Of a stretch of DNA of 64,000 nucleotides, positions 27,725-36,316 are shown in pieces. Position numbers and translations under genes: made by a program. The stretch's first letter is position 1; every line of letters begins with the position of its first letter. Source of the DNA: a virus (lineage: Duplodnaviria; Caudoviricetes); the IMG/VR virus record IMGVR_UViG_3300032319_000568, positions 1-64,000 of that record; one strand, written 5' to 3'. The notes under the pieces were generated by a model that saw nothing but the letters and a program-made list of their open reading frames with translations, did not search any database and was not told where the DNA came from.

Positions 27725-29693
27725 TAATTTAGATAAACTGCCAGGAGGAGTAGGCGATCATACACCGACAGATCAGATTGATCCTATTCAACTAAGTACA
27801 GGTATACAAATTGAGATGGAACATACAAACGATACTGGAGTTGCACAGTCTATCGCTATGGATCATCTTACAGTAGATCCTAAATATTACAGTAAATTGG
27901 TTGCTGCTGGATTAACTAGTGAATTTAAACCATCAACTGGTTCTGGATTAGGCGATACAAATCAAAGTATTAACGATGAATCTAGAGTTGGTAATAAAGG
28001 TTTACAAAAAAATAATATGGGTGGAACTATTGGCGGTACACCAAATGGACAAGTAGATGGTAGAAATAGTGAACCAATTATTAACAAAACGATTGATATT
28101 GAATTGGAAAATCAAACTTTTAGTAGCTTAGAAGAAGCTATATTAGACGAAAAGAAAAGAAGAAAATCTGGTAAAGCTAAAAGAAAACCAAAACCAACAA
28201 ATCCCTCTTTATGGGCTAGAGCCAAATCTGCAGCAAGATCTAAATTTGATGTTTATCCGTGTGTACCACTTGATAGTAAAGCTCTCACAAAAAATGGATG
28301 GAAAACATACGAAGAGTTAACTATTGGTGAATTGATATTAACTTATAATATTAATAAAGATGAGTTGGAGTGGAAACCAATATTGAATCTTAATTTTTTT
28401 GAAAATGCTGAATTAATAAGAATGTATAAACCTACCGGATTTTCAATAAAATGTACACCCAATCACAAATGGGTTGTACAAAGAGGGCCCGATTATTCTA
28501 CAGTTGAGTTAATTGAAACAAAAGATTTACCTAAAAGATCTAGAATAGTAATATGTGCGGAGTTAAAAAGTAATGAGAATATAGTATTAGAAAATTTTTC
28601 AAAAACCGATAATTGGACTGAAAACGTTATTAATATGAGTTCTGAACAAAGAAAATCGTTTTTAGCGGCTTCTATAATATATGATGGTTGGGATAGAGGA
28701 TCGTCTTCAAAGATAGAAGGCCGACACACATTTGGATTTGTTCAGAAAAATTCAGATCATTTGGATGCTGGTTTATTAGCAGCGTATTTAAGTGGCTATT
28801 ATGTATCGGTACACGACCGAGGATATATTACATCTGCTAGTTTTATAAGAAATAAAAAGTGTCATTCTGTTCAGAATGTAAAATTTGAAAAAACAGAAAA
28901 TGAAGATGTTTGGTGTCCAACAACCGAAAATAATACCTGGGTAATGTATCAAAACGGTTTAATTACGATTACCGGCAATTCCGCTTATGCTAATGGTTGG
29001 GCCACTAAATGGTACAAGAGTAAAGGCGGTGGATGGCGAATGAGTGAAGCTTATCCAGCTCAAGCTATGGAAAGTCCGTATCCATCTGACGGAACAATGA
29101 TTGGATCTGGTACAAATGGTAGTGGATATGATTTTGTCGGATATGCAGAAAGTAAAAAAACTATGAATAAACAACAACTAAAAGAAGCTATTAAACGAAT
29201 GATTCGTGAAATGGAACAAGATGATGTTAATGTGGATGCGGAAAAAGAATCTGTGACTATCACATTGGATCGTGAACTTGCTCAAAAACTTCACGCTTTA
29301 TTAATGACACAACTAACTCCACCAGGCGAAGATGCTGAACAAACTCCTGCTGGACCAGAAGACGCAAATGCTGTGGTACCAGATGAAGACGATACAGAAG
29401 TTACCGCTGCTAACATGAGCAGCGATCAATTGCCAATTAAAGCTGGTGAAGAAAGTGGTGAATCTGTTGATGACGTTACATCCGATGAATCGGATTCAAT
29501 GGATGAAGCTAAAAAGAAATGGATACAAAAAGCTATTACTAAACCAGGCGCTTTGAAAAAACAACTGGGTGTAGCCGCCGGTAAAAAAATAGCATCGGGT
29601 AAATTAGCTGCTGCAGCTAAGAAGAGTGGTAAACTTGGTCAAAGAGCACGATTGGCTATGACGCTTCGTAAGTTAAAAGAAAATCTAGAATAA
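27717..29693 (+). CDS. Modular protein (DUF5661-like + YPSAYAN/DUF5872-like + basic C-terminal module) with intein
   Basis: GIQIEMEH..DHL..YYSKL; KFDVYP|intein|SAYANGW; C-terminal KKWIQKAITKPGAL...GQRARLA. Confidence 0.8.
   Translation: MINNLDKLPGGVGDHTPTDQIDPIQLSTGIQIEMEHTNDTGVAQSIAMDHLTVDPKYYSKLVAAGLTSEFKPSTGSGLGDTNQSINDESRVGNKGLQKNNMGGTIGGTPNGQVDGRNSEPIINKTIDIELENQTFSSLEEAILDEKKRRKSGKAKRKPKPTNPSLWARAKSAARSKFDVYPCVPLDSKALTKNGWKTYEELTIGELILTYNINKDELEWKPILNLNFFENAELIRMYKPTGFSIKCTPNHKWVVQRGPDYSTVELIETKDLPKRSRIVICAELKSNENIVLENFSKTDNWTENVINMSSEQRKSFLAASIIYDGWDRGSSSKIEGRHTFGFVQKNSDHLDAGLLAAYLSGYYVSVHDRGYITSASFIRNKKCHSVQNVKFEKTENEDVWCPTTENNTWVMYQNGLITITGNSAYANGWATKWYKSKGGGWRMSEAYPAQAMESPYPSDGTMIGSGTNGSGYDFVGYAESKKTMNKQQLKEAIKRMIREMEQDDVNVDAEKESVTITLDRELAQKLHALLMTQLTPPGEDAEQTPAGPEDANAVVPDEDDTEVTAANMSSDQLPIKAGEESGESVDDVTSDESDSMDEAKKKWIQKAITKPGALKKQLGVAAGKKIASGKLAAAAKKSGKLGQRARLAMTLRKLKENLE
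28260..28979 (+). mobile_element. Intein (240 aa) with reduced LAGLIDADG-like region
   Basis: Starts CVP, TPNH block B, VWCPTT block F, ends TGN then Ser; removal restores YPSAYAN. Confidence 0.9.
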
Positions 29694-29710
29694 TATTCAA
29701 ATTAAGATTT

Positions 29711-31198
29711 ATGAAAGAAATCGACAATTCATCACTAGCAAATTATAAAGCATATCAAAAGTATAAAGATTATGCTTTAAAAATGATTTCAAAGCTTGAA
29801 AAAATAAAAGCAATTGGAAAAGGCAAAGTGCCTGTTAGTGACATTGTGACACAAAGTTCTGTATCTTCTATCATTGTTGGGTTAGGTGATAGATTTCCAG
29901 AATTGACAACCAAATTGAAAAATTTGTTGAAACATTCTTTCAATCACAGCGATCTGGTTAAGTTACACCAAACAGGTAAAATGAATCTTAATAACTGGGA
30001 AGATCGATCTTTAAGTGAAAATGCAGAAATGGCACAAAGTGATATTACGAAGATTATTGATTATAGTGAAAAACTACAATCAATGTTTACTGTAAATGAT
30101 AACTTGGAAGATTGGGTTAAAGCTAAGTTAAATCATGCGTGTGACTATGTAGCTACAGTGCGTGATTATTTGAAGTTTTACCACGATGAAAAGGAAGCTG
30201 GTACTACCGATGATCAAATAGATGAAAAGTGGACGAATACTTATAAGAAGAGTATTAATTGCAGCAATCCCAAAGGTTTTAGTCAGAAGGCACATTGTAA
30301 AGCCAGAAGACTAAGACAAGCTGGTAAACATACACAAAGTAAACCAGTAAGAGAAATATATGAAGCTGTTGTGCGTCATATGTTGAAAGAATTTGATAGC
30401 CGTATGGCTATGGGTGCTTTGAAGCAACTTAACAGTGATGCTAAAGAATTAGAGCAAATGTTGCAACCAAATACTCAATTAGAAGATTGGGTAAAAGCTA
30501 AGTTGAACTTGGCTGGTGAATATTTGGATGATGTGTATCATCATTTAGATCACTTTGGTCCAGAAGGTAGAAAGTTTGACGAAGTAAAGGTTGCAAACGA
30601 TATTGAAGAAGGTTGGAAAGACTGGGTTGCTGCTGGAGCTATTGGATTGGGTGCAATGTCGGGTAAAGTCGATGCGTCAAAAATAAAACCAACTGATCAA
30701 GTTGCTATAACACAAAGTGCACAAAAATCAATTGGGTCTTTTATGGACTACATTAAGAAAGTGGAGAATCAAGGCAAAGTTGGATATAATGTTGAAAAGA
30801 AGCTTTGGTTTCCACATAAAAGTTTTGAAGGTGGAAGTGATACCATTGGATACGGTCATAAAATACAAAAAGGAGAAGACTTTAGTACGGGTATAACAGA
30901 TGCTCAAGCTGAATCTCTATTAAAGACAGATTTGGCAAAAGCAAAACAACAAGTTTATAAAGAGGTTGGTGGTGTTAAATTAACTCCTCAACAAGAAGAA
31001 ATGTTTATTGACTTTGTATTCAATATGGGCACATTGAAGAAATTTCCTAAGTTTACCGAATTTGCATTAAAAAATGACTTAGAAGGCATGAAGTCTCAAT
31101 ATAAGAGATATGCAGGTGGTAAAGAATTAAAAGGTAGAAACTCAGAGTTCCTAAAAAGATTTTTAGCTGAGTATTTTGGTTTTACAACTTATTTTTAA
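29711..31198 (+). CDS. Multi-domain protein with C-terminal GH24/T4-lysozyme-like domain
   Basis: Two LEDWVKAKL repeats; CSNPKGFSQKAHC module; DTIGYGH, FVFNMG. Confidence 0.75.
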   Translation: MKEIDNSSLANYKAYQKYKDYALKMISKLEKIKAIGKGKVPVSDIVTQSSVSSIIVGLGDRFPELTTKLKNLLKHSFNHSDLVKLHQTGKMNLNNWEDRSLSENAEMAQSDITKIIDYSEKLQSMFTVNDNLEDWVKAKLNHACDYVATVRDYLKFYHDEKEAGTTDDQIDEKWTNTYKKSINCSNPKGFSQKAHCKARRLRQAGKHTQSKPVREIYEAVVRHMLKEFDSRMAMGALKQLNSDAKELEQMLQPNTQLEDWVKAKLNLAGEYLDDVYHHLDHFGPEGRKFDEVKVANDIEEGWKDWVAAGAIGLGAMSGKVDASKIKPTDQVAITQSAQKSIGSFMDYIKKVENQGKVGYNVEKKLWFPHKSFEGGSDTIGYGHKIQKGEDFSTGITDAQAESLLKTDLAKAKQQVYKEVGGVKLTPQQEEMFIDFVFNMGTLKKFPKFTEFALKNDLEGMKSQYKRYAGGKELKGRNSEFLKRFLAEYFGFTTYF

Positions 31199-31201
31199 GT
31201 T

Positions 31202-31540
31202 ATGGATGAATGGCCAACTGTGCCTATGGGCAACTTACAAGCTATGATGGTAATGCGTCAACAGAGTGCGCCTACGCCATCTATTAATGGTTTTGATCCA
31301 TATCAAGCTATGTTGAGACGTAATCAATCAAATATGCCTAATGAGAGTGGTTATATTAATACGGAGATAACTCAATATGATCCAAAAGATATTCAAGAGT
31401 TGGAAGAGTTTTGTCAACAATACGGTGTAATGGGATTTAACTTTGGCAAGATGAATCCCAAATCAGCGTTACGAATGCTTAAAGGAAAAATGGGTATTGT
31501 TGACGAAAAAGTTAGTAATAAAAAAATGTTATTAGATTGA
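31202..31540 (+). CDS. Hypothetical protein
   Basis: ORF in operon-like run. Confidence 0.6.
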   Translation: MDEWPTVPMGNLQAMMVMRQQSAPTPSINGFDPYQAMLRRNQSNMPNESGYINTEITQYDPKDIQELEEFCQQYGVMGFNFGKMNPKSALRMLKGKMGIVDEKVSNKKMLLD

Positions 31541-31559
31541 TTGTTTTGTATTTATTTGT

Positions 31560-32918
31560 ATGTCTGTTATATTGATTGAAAGGAAAACTAATCCACTAGT
31601 AATTAGATTTAAAATAGAATCTTGTGTCAAAGACGAACCAGCTTTGTTTATTTGGGAGGATCCGATTTCTAAAAATATAAGACATATAGATAATATATCT
31701 TTAACTCAAAATGTCGAATACTACTCATCTATTAATAAAAATCTATCGTTTTTTGAAAATGGAATTAGATTTAAGATTGTTTCTTTAAAAGATTACAAAT
31801 GTTTATATAGTTATGATTTTAAAAATTTAAATTTCATATCGGGCAAAAACATTTTATATATATCACAAAATAGTTATACAGGATACAGTTATGCTGCTAG
31901 AAACTATATTTATCAATTATTACAATCTGGTTATAATGTACAGTGGCACGATAAGTTTACAACATCGGGTTTCTACAAACCAGTAACCGAAGAAGAACAA
32001 TTAGTATTTAATTGTTTAAATAATAAAATTGATTATGAGTCTGTTATCATTCATCATACACCCGAGTCTTGGAAGCCTATTTTTGATCAAACTCCCAGAG
32101 ATAAAAAAGTGTATGGATTAACAACTTGGGAGACTACAAGACTACATCCTACGTGGATAGACTATATTAATGATAGCATAGATCAGGTTATAGTTCCGTC
32201 TAAGTTTAATATAGAAACATTTAAACAAAGTGGAGTAAACAAACCATTGAATTTGTGGTATCATGATATATTCCCATTTCAAAAATCAAATGTTAATTTG
32301 ATTGATTTATATAATAAATTTGTTCTTTTTAACGGTACGGAATTTACAATGAATTCGATGTTAATTAAAAATTTAACAGAACAGAATACAGTTTATTATA
32401 ATATATCACAGTTTAATTATAGAAAAAATTTAACTCAAGTTATTAGTTCATTTTGTAAGAAATTTACAAATAGAGACAATGTATGTTTGTTTGTTAAAAC
32501 GTATTTAGAATTTTTTAACAAAAAAGAAACTGATGCTCTAAAATATAAAATAGTTGAATTGACCAGACAATTTAAAGACTTACCTAAAATTGTATTTTGT
32601 TTTGAGAATTTAAACAATGATGAAATTGATGCTATTCACAAGCTTGGAGATGTATATTTTACATTGAATCGGGGAGAAGGATTTGGACTATGTACGTATA
32701 CAGCGAAGAAGATCGGTAATAGAATTATCTGCGGAAAGTTTGGAGCTGAAAAAGAATTCTTAGATGATACAGATTTATTATTAGATTATGAACTGGGACC
32801 ATCGGATAATTTGGATGATTTTAACAAATATTACATTGGTCACGGACAACAATGTGCTTATTATGATACGGATTATGTAGTTTCAAAATTACAATATTAT
32901 CAAAAAACAATCAAATAA
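31560..32918 (+). CDS. GT4-like glycosyltransferase with N-terminal extension
   Basis: TGYSYAARNY, TWET, RKNL, NRGEGFGL; paralogous to 12794. Confidence 0.85.
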   Translation: MSVILIERKTNPLVIRFKIESCVKDEPALFIWEDPISKNIRHIDNISLTQNVEYYSSINKNLSFFENGIRFKIVSLKDYKCLYSYDFKNLNFISGKNILYISQNSYTGYSYAARNYIYQLLQSGYNVQWHDKFTTSGFYKPVTEEEQLVFNCLNNKIDYESVIIHHTPESWKPIFDQTPRDKKVYGLTTWETTRLHPTWIDYINDSIDQVIVPSKFNIETFKQSGVNKPLNLWYHDIFPFQKSNVNLIDLYNKFVLFNGTEFTMNSMLIKNLTEQNTVYYNISQFNYRKNLTQVISSFCKKFTNRDNVCLFVKTYLEFFNKKETDALKYKIVELTRQFKDLPKIVFCFENLNNDEIDAIHKLGDVYFTLNRGEGFGLCTYTAKKIGNRIICGKFGAEKEFLDDTDLLLDYELGPSDNLDDFNKYYIGHGQQCAYYDTDYVVSKLQYYQKTIK

Positions 32919-32942
32919 AAAACCCTCAATTACGAGGGGTTC
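32917..32942 (-). terminator. Probable intrinsic terminator between convergent genes
   Basis: CCCTC/GAGGG stem with A-run on + strand. Confidence 0.45.
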
Positions 32943-32946
32943 GATT

Positions 32947-33213
32947 TTATTGTTCTAATTTAAATTTTGCTTGTTTTAATTCGGGCGGTAATAGTTCGTT
33001 TAGCGGTTCAAGACAGTTAACACAATATGGTATATTAATTGGTACCAAAGCGTCTTTATCTGTACCTGCAAGTATTTTACTTACTTTTCTAAACATAACG
33101 CCGTTTTGAAAAACAGCACCTTGACATTCAGTACATTGTACCGATTGCGTGTCTTTCAATCCAAAATTAACATTTGGCGTTTGATTCACTCCTTGTATTT
33201 TATTGTTAAACAT
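32947..33213 (-). CDS. Small Zn-ribbon protein
   Basis: CTEC...CVNC. Confidence 0.65.
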   Translation of the reverse strand: MFNNKIQGVNQTPNVNFGLKDTQSVQCTECQGAVFQNGVMFRKVSKILAGTDKDALVPINIPYCVNCLEPLNELLPPELKQAKFKLEQ

Positions 33214-33216
33214 AAT

Positions 33217-33627
33217 TTATATTCCTTTTCTTTTTTTGTAATCTTTTAATGCTTCTTCAATCGCGCATTCGGCTAAAACGCTACAATGGATTTTGTGTGG
33301 CATATTGGCTTTCCAGTTTTCAGCACCCCCCAATGCATCTAATACTTCATCATTTGAAAAATTTTTTAACTCTTCAACTGTTCTTCCTTTAATTAAGCTC
33401 ATAGCCATATCAGCAGCAGAAATAGCTGTACCACATCCAAATATTTTTGCTTTTGCATCTAATACTTTGTGTGTATCCGGATCTATTTTTAGTGTTATAC
33501 GAAGAACGTCGCCACACGCAGCCGCTCCTACCTCCGCAATTGCATCTGGATTTTCAATATCTCCAACATTTTGGGGATTAATAAATCTATCCATTATCTT
33601 TTCATTATACAATTGGTGATCACTCAT
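33217..33627 (-). CDS. iscU: IscU/NifU-type Fe-S cluster scaffold
   Basis: NPQNVG, ACGD, FGCG, KIHCSVLAE. Confidence 0.93.
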   Translation of the reverse strand: MSDHQLYNEKIMDRFINPQNVGDIENPDAIAEVGAAACGDVLRITLKIDPDTHKVLDAKAKIFGCGTAISAADMAMSLIKGRTVEELKNFSNDEVLDALGGAENWKANMPHKIHCSVLAECAIEEALKDYKKRKGI

Positions 33628-33636
33628 ATATTATAA

Positions 33637-34749
33637 TTATAGTCCAATTTGTTTTAAGTCATTTTTAACCATCTTATCAACCAGTTGTTCAAATGAAGTT
33701 TCTGGTTTCCATCCTAATTCTTTTCTGGCTTTGGTGCTATCACCTAGTAATAAGTCTACTTCAGCAGGTCTATAAAACTTAGGATTGATTTTAACCAAGA
33801 CAGAAACTACTGGATCATATTTGTTTGCATCTTTTGTACTAATACTAAATTCAGCAGATTCAGCTTGTCCATGCCATGCACCTTCGATCTCAGCCCCTTT
33901 AAATGCGTACCATACAAATTCTGCAATGGTATGTGTTTCATTGCTGGATAACACATATTCATTTGGAGATTCTTGGTTTAACATTTTCCAGATACCATCA
34001 ACAAAGTCTTCTGCATCACTCCAATCTCTTTTGGCTTTTACATTACCCAGTTCAATTGGTTCAAATGATTTTCTCTCAAGAATTGCTTTTTTGATTCTAG
34101 CTACTCCCTTGGTAATTTTTCGAGTGACAAATTCTTCACCTCTTCTAGTTCCTTCATGATTGAATAACAACCCCTGTACAGCATACAAGTTATAACTTTC
34201 TCTGTATACTTTAACTAATTGTCTAGCTGCAGATTTACTAGCACCATATGGACTACGAGGTCTTGCGGGATGATTTTCATCTTGTGGAATGTATGCAACA
34301 TTACCGTATTCTTCACTGCTACCCGCATTATAAAATCTACAAGATGGCTTATGTTGACGAATTGCTTCAAGAATATGAATTACACTTGTAGTATTACATT
34401 CCCATGTTTGTGATGGAAAGTCCCAACTAGAACCAACGAATGTCTGTGCTGCCAAATTAATAAAGTACGCGGGTTTTAGTTTTTCCACGATTTTGCTAAT
34501 ACTATGTGCATCACTCAAATCAAAGTTAACTAATTTAAATCTGAGGTTGTTTTCTAAGTGTCTAATGTTTTCGTGATTTTTGATACTTAGTCTTCTAGCC
34601 CCCCCAACGATAAAATAGTCTGTATTGGTTAACAAATAATCGGCCATGTGACTTCCGTCTTGGCCCGTAACGCCTGTAACGAACACCACAGTTTTACCTT
34701 CAATTAAAGGTACAACGTCATTAATATTTAATATATCCATAAGTTTCAT
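33637..34749 (-). CDS. gmd: GDP-mannose 4,6-dehydratase
   Basis: TGVTGQDGS, LAAQTFV, GSSEE, SPYGASK, FVTRKI. Confidence 0.93.
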   Translation of the reverse strand: MKLMDILNINDVVPLIEGKTVVFVTGVTGQDGSHMADYLLTNTDYFIVGGARRLSIKNHENIRHLENNLRFKLVNFDLSDAHSISKIVEKLKPAYFINLAAQTFVGSSWDFPSQTWECNTTSVIHILEAIRQHKPSCRFYNAGSSEEYGNVAYIPQDENHPARPRSPYGASKSAARQLVKVYRESYNLYAVQGLLFNHEGTRRGEEFVTRKITKGVARIKKAILERKSFEPIELGNVKAKRDWSDAEDFVDGIWKMLNQESPNEYVLSSNETHTIAEFVWYAFKGAEIEGAWHGQAESAEFSISTKDANKYDPVVSVLVKINPKFYRPAEVDLLLGDSTKARKELGWKPETSFEQLVDKMVKNDLKQIGL

Positions 34750-35225
34750 TCAAATTCCGAATCCTCACCATCATCATCTTCTTCATCTAAATAGTCGTCT
34801 GAAGGGTCATTGGAAATATTATATTTTTCTTTGAACCTAGTCACATCATCATTTGTTATTTTTAATAGATGAAATACTGCTTGTATAAAAAATATAACAT
34901 GTTCTTTTGAAAATTTATTTAGTTTACAAACACCAACTACTTTATTAGCCAGAATTAATATTTTTCGTTGAATCTTAGGATCAATTACTATTTTTCCACC
35001 ATGTGAATCCGATGTCACCAAACCTGGTATATTTGTTTGATTAAGATATTTCTGGGTACGAGATTTTATTTCTTTGTCAATTTCCTTTTCGATTTTTTTG
35101 GAATCTATGTTTTTCTTTTCTAATCGTTTACGAATAGCTGATATTTGAGATTGTTTTATTTTTTTAGCAATATTAAATGAAACTAATATACCATGTTTTG
35201 ATAAAAGATGTTGGTAGTTGTTCAT
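34746..35225 (-). CDS. Hypothetical protein
   Basis: ORF, acidic tail. Confidence 0.6.
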   Translation of the reverse strand: MNNYQHLLSKHGILVSFNIAKKIKQSQISAIRKRLEKKNIDSKKIEKEIDKEIKSRTQKYLNQTNIPGLVTSDSHGGKIVIDPKIQRKILILANKVVGVCKLNKFSKEHVIFFIQAVFHLLKITNDDVTRFKEKYNISNDPSDDYLDEEDDDGEDSEFE

Positions 35226-35231
35226 TGTAAT

Positions 35232-35978
35232 TTAAAATCGTTGTTTTAATATTTTTTTACTATCTTGTAAAATGTCAGGATCAAATATTTTTGGTCCCTT
35301 GCTTATATATCCTTTACCGCTAGTAAATGTACAATTATAACAAAGTAACCTCATATTTTCTAATTTATGATTTTTGTTGTTACCGTCTTCAAAGTTTAGT
35401 AAAAATGGCAATTTACCGTCTGTAATTCTACGTTCGTGAAATCCACACTGTTCACATTCTGATTTTTTGATACCTGATCTTATTAATTTGTCTTTTAATC
35501 TGTGAATAGGAAAATCTGGATGTTTTCCGTCTAAAATATCATTAATTGGATATTTTCCTACGTTTGGATTACTTAAACTTCTGGGTGATTTTGTACCTTT
35601 AACAATCGGCCATCCTTTTGTTACATGTATACCGTACTTTCTAGCGTGTGTTTTAAATGTTAAATAACACACTCCCAATAGTTTAGCTGCCATTTTTGCT
35701 GATGGTGCTCTGTCTATAACCTCTTGTATTTCAGATTGTGTAATTGGTTTGCTAAATTTCCCTAGATTAGGCCTCCTCGGATATATTTGTTCAGCGAATT
35801 GTTTTTCTAAGTGAGGAATAGACACACCTTTAGAACGTAACTCTTTAAATTCCTCAAGCTCTTTTCTAACATCTTGTCCAATCTCACTCAAAGACAATAA
35901 ACGTTCAACTTTAGCTTTTAAAGCATCCAGTTCTTCTAACTTTTTTACGATTTGTTGCTGATCAAATATATTGTTCAT
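35232..35978 (-). CDS. HTH plus HNH-like protein lacking the catalytic His
   Basis: SAKMAAKLLGV HTH-like; CEQC...LNFEDGN...NMRLLCYNC. Confidence 0.7.
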   Translation of the reverse strand: MNNIFDQQQIVKKLEELDALKAKVERLLSLSEIGQDVRKELEEFKELRSKGVSIPHLEKQFAEQIYPRRPNLGKFSKPITQSEIQEVIDRAPSAKMAAKLLGVCYLTFKTHARKYGIHVTKGWPIVKGTKSPRSLSNPNVGKYPINDILDGKHPDFPIHRLKDKLIRSGIKKSECEQCGFHERRITDGKLPFLLNFEDGNNKNHKLENMRLLCYNCTFTSGKGYISKGPKIFDPDILQDSKKILKQRF

Positions 35979-36316
35979 TAGTGTTTAGATGAAGATAGTG
36001 GTTCTGTTGCTAGATCTACGTCTGTAGAAGCATAAAATACTTTACGTAACATTTCAGCTCTACTAGGAAATCCAGCATTTAAAAGTACTCTGTATGTATT
36101 AACAATTTTTTCTTTGCTATTTTTTCTTTTTAAACTTTTAACAAACATGATGGGATTGACAAGAAAATCTTCTTCTGGTTCCAATTTATCAATCTTATTT
36201 TCAATACATCTAGTACATGCTTCAATGTGTGGATCGTCAAAGATTTCTTCATTTACACTAACAGTCATAGACCAGTTAGCTGATTTTACTGTGTATTTAT
36301 TGTTGTTTTTAGACAT
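35978..36316 (-). CDS. Hypothetical protein
   Basis: ORF in operon-like run. Confidence 0.6.
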   Translation of the reverse strand: MSKNNNKYTVKSANWSMTVSVNEEIFDDPHIEACTRCIENKIDKLEPEEDFLVNPIMFVKSLKRKNSKEKIVNTYRVLLNAGFPSRAEMLRKVFYASTDVDLATEPLSSSKH

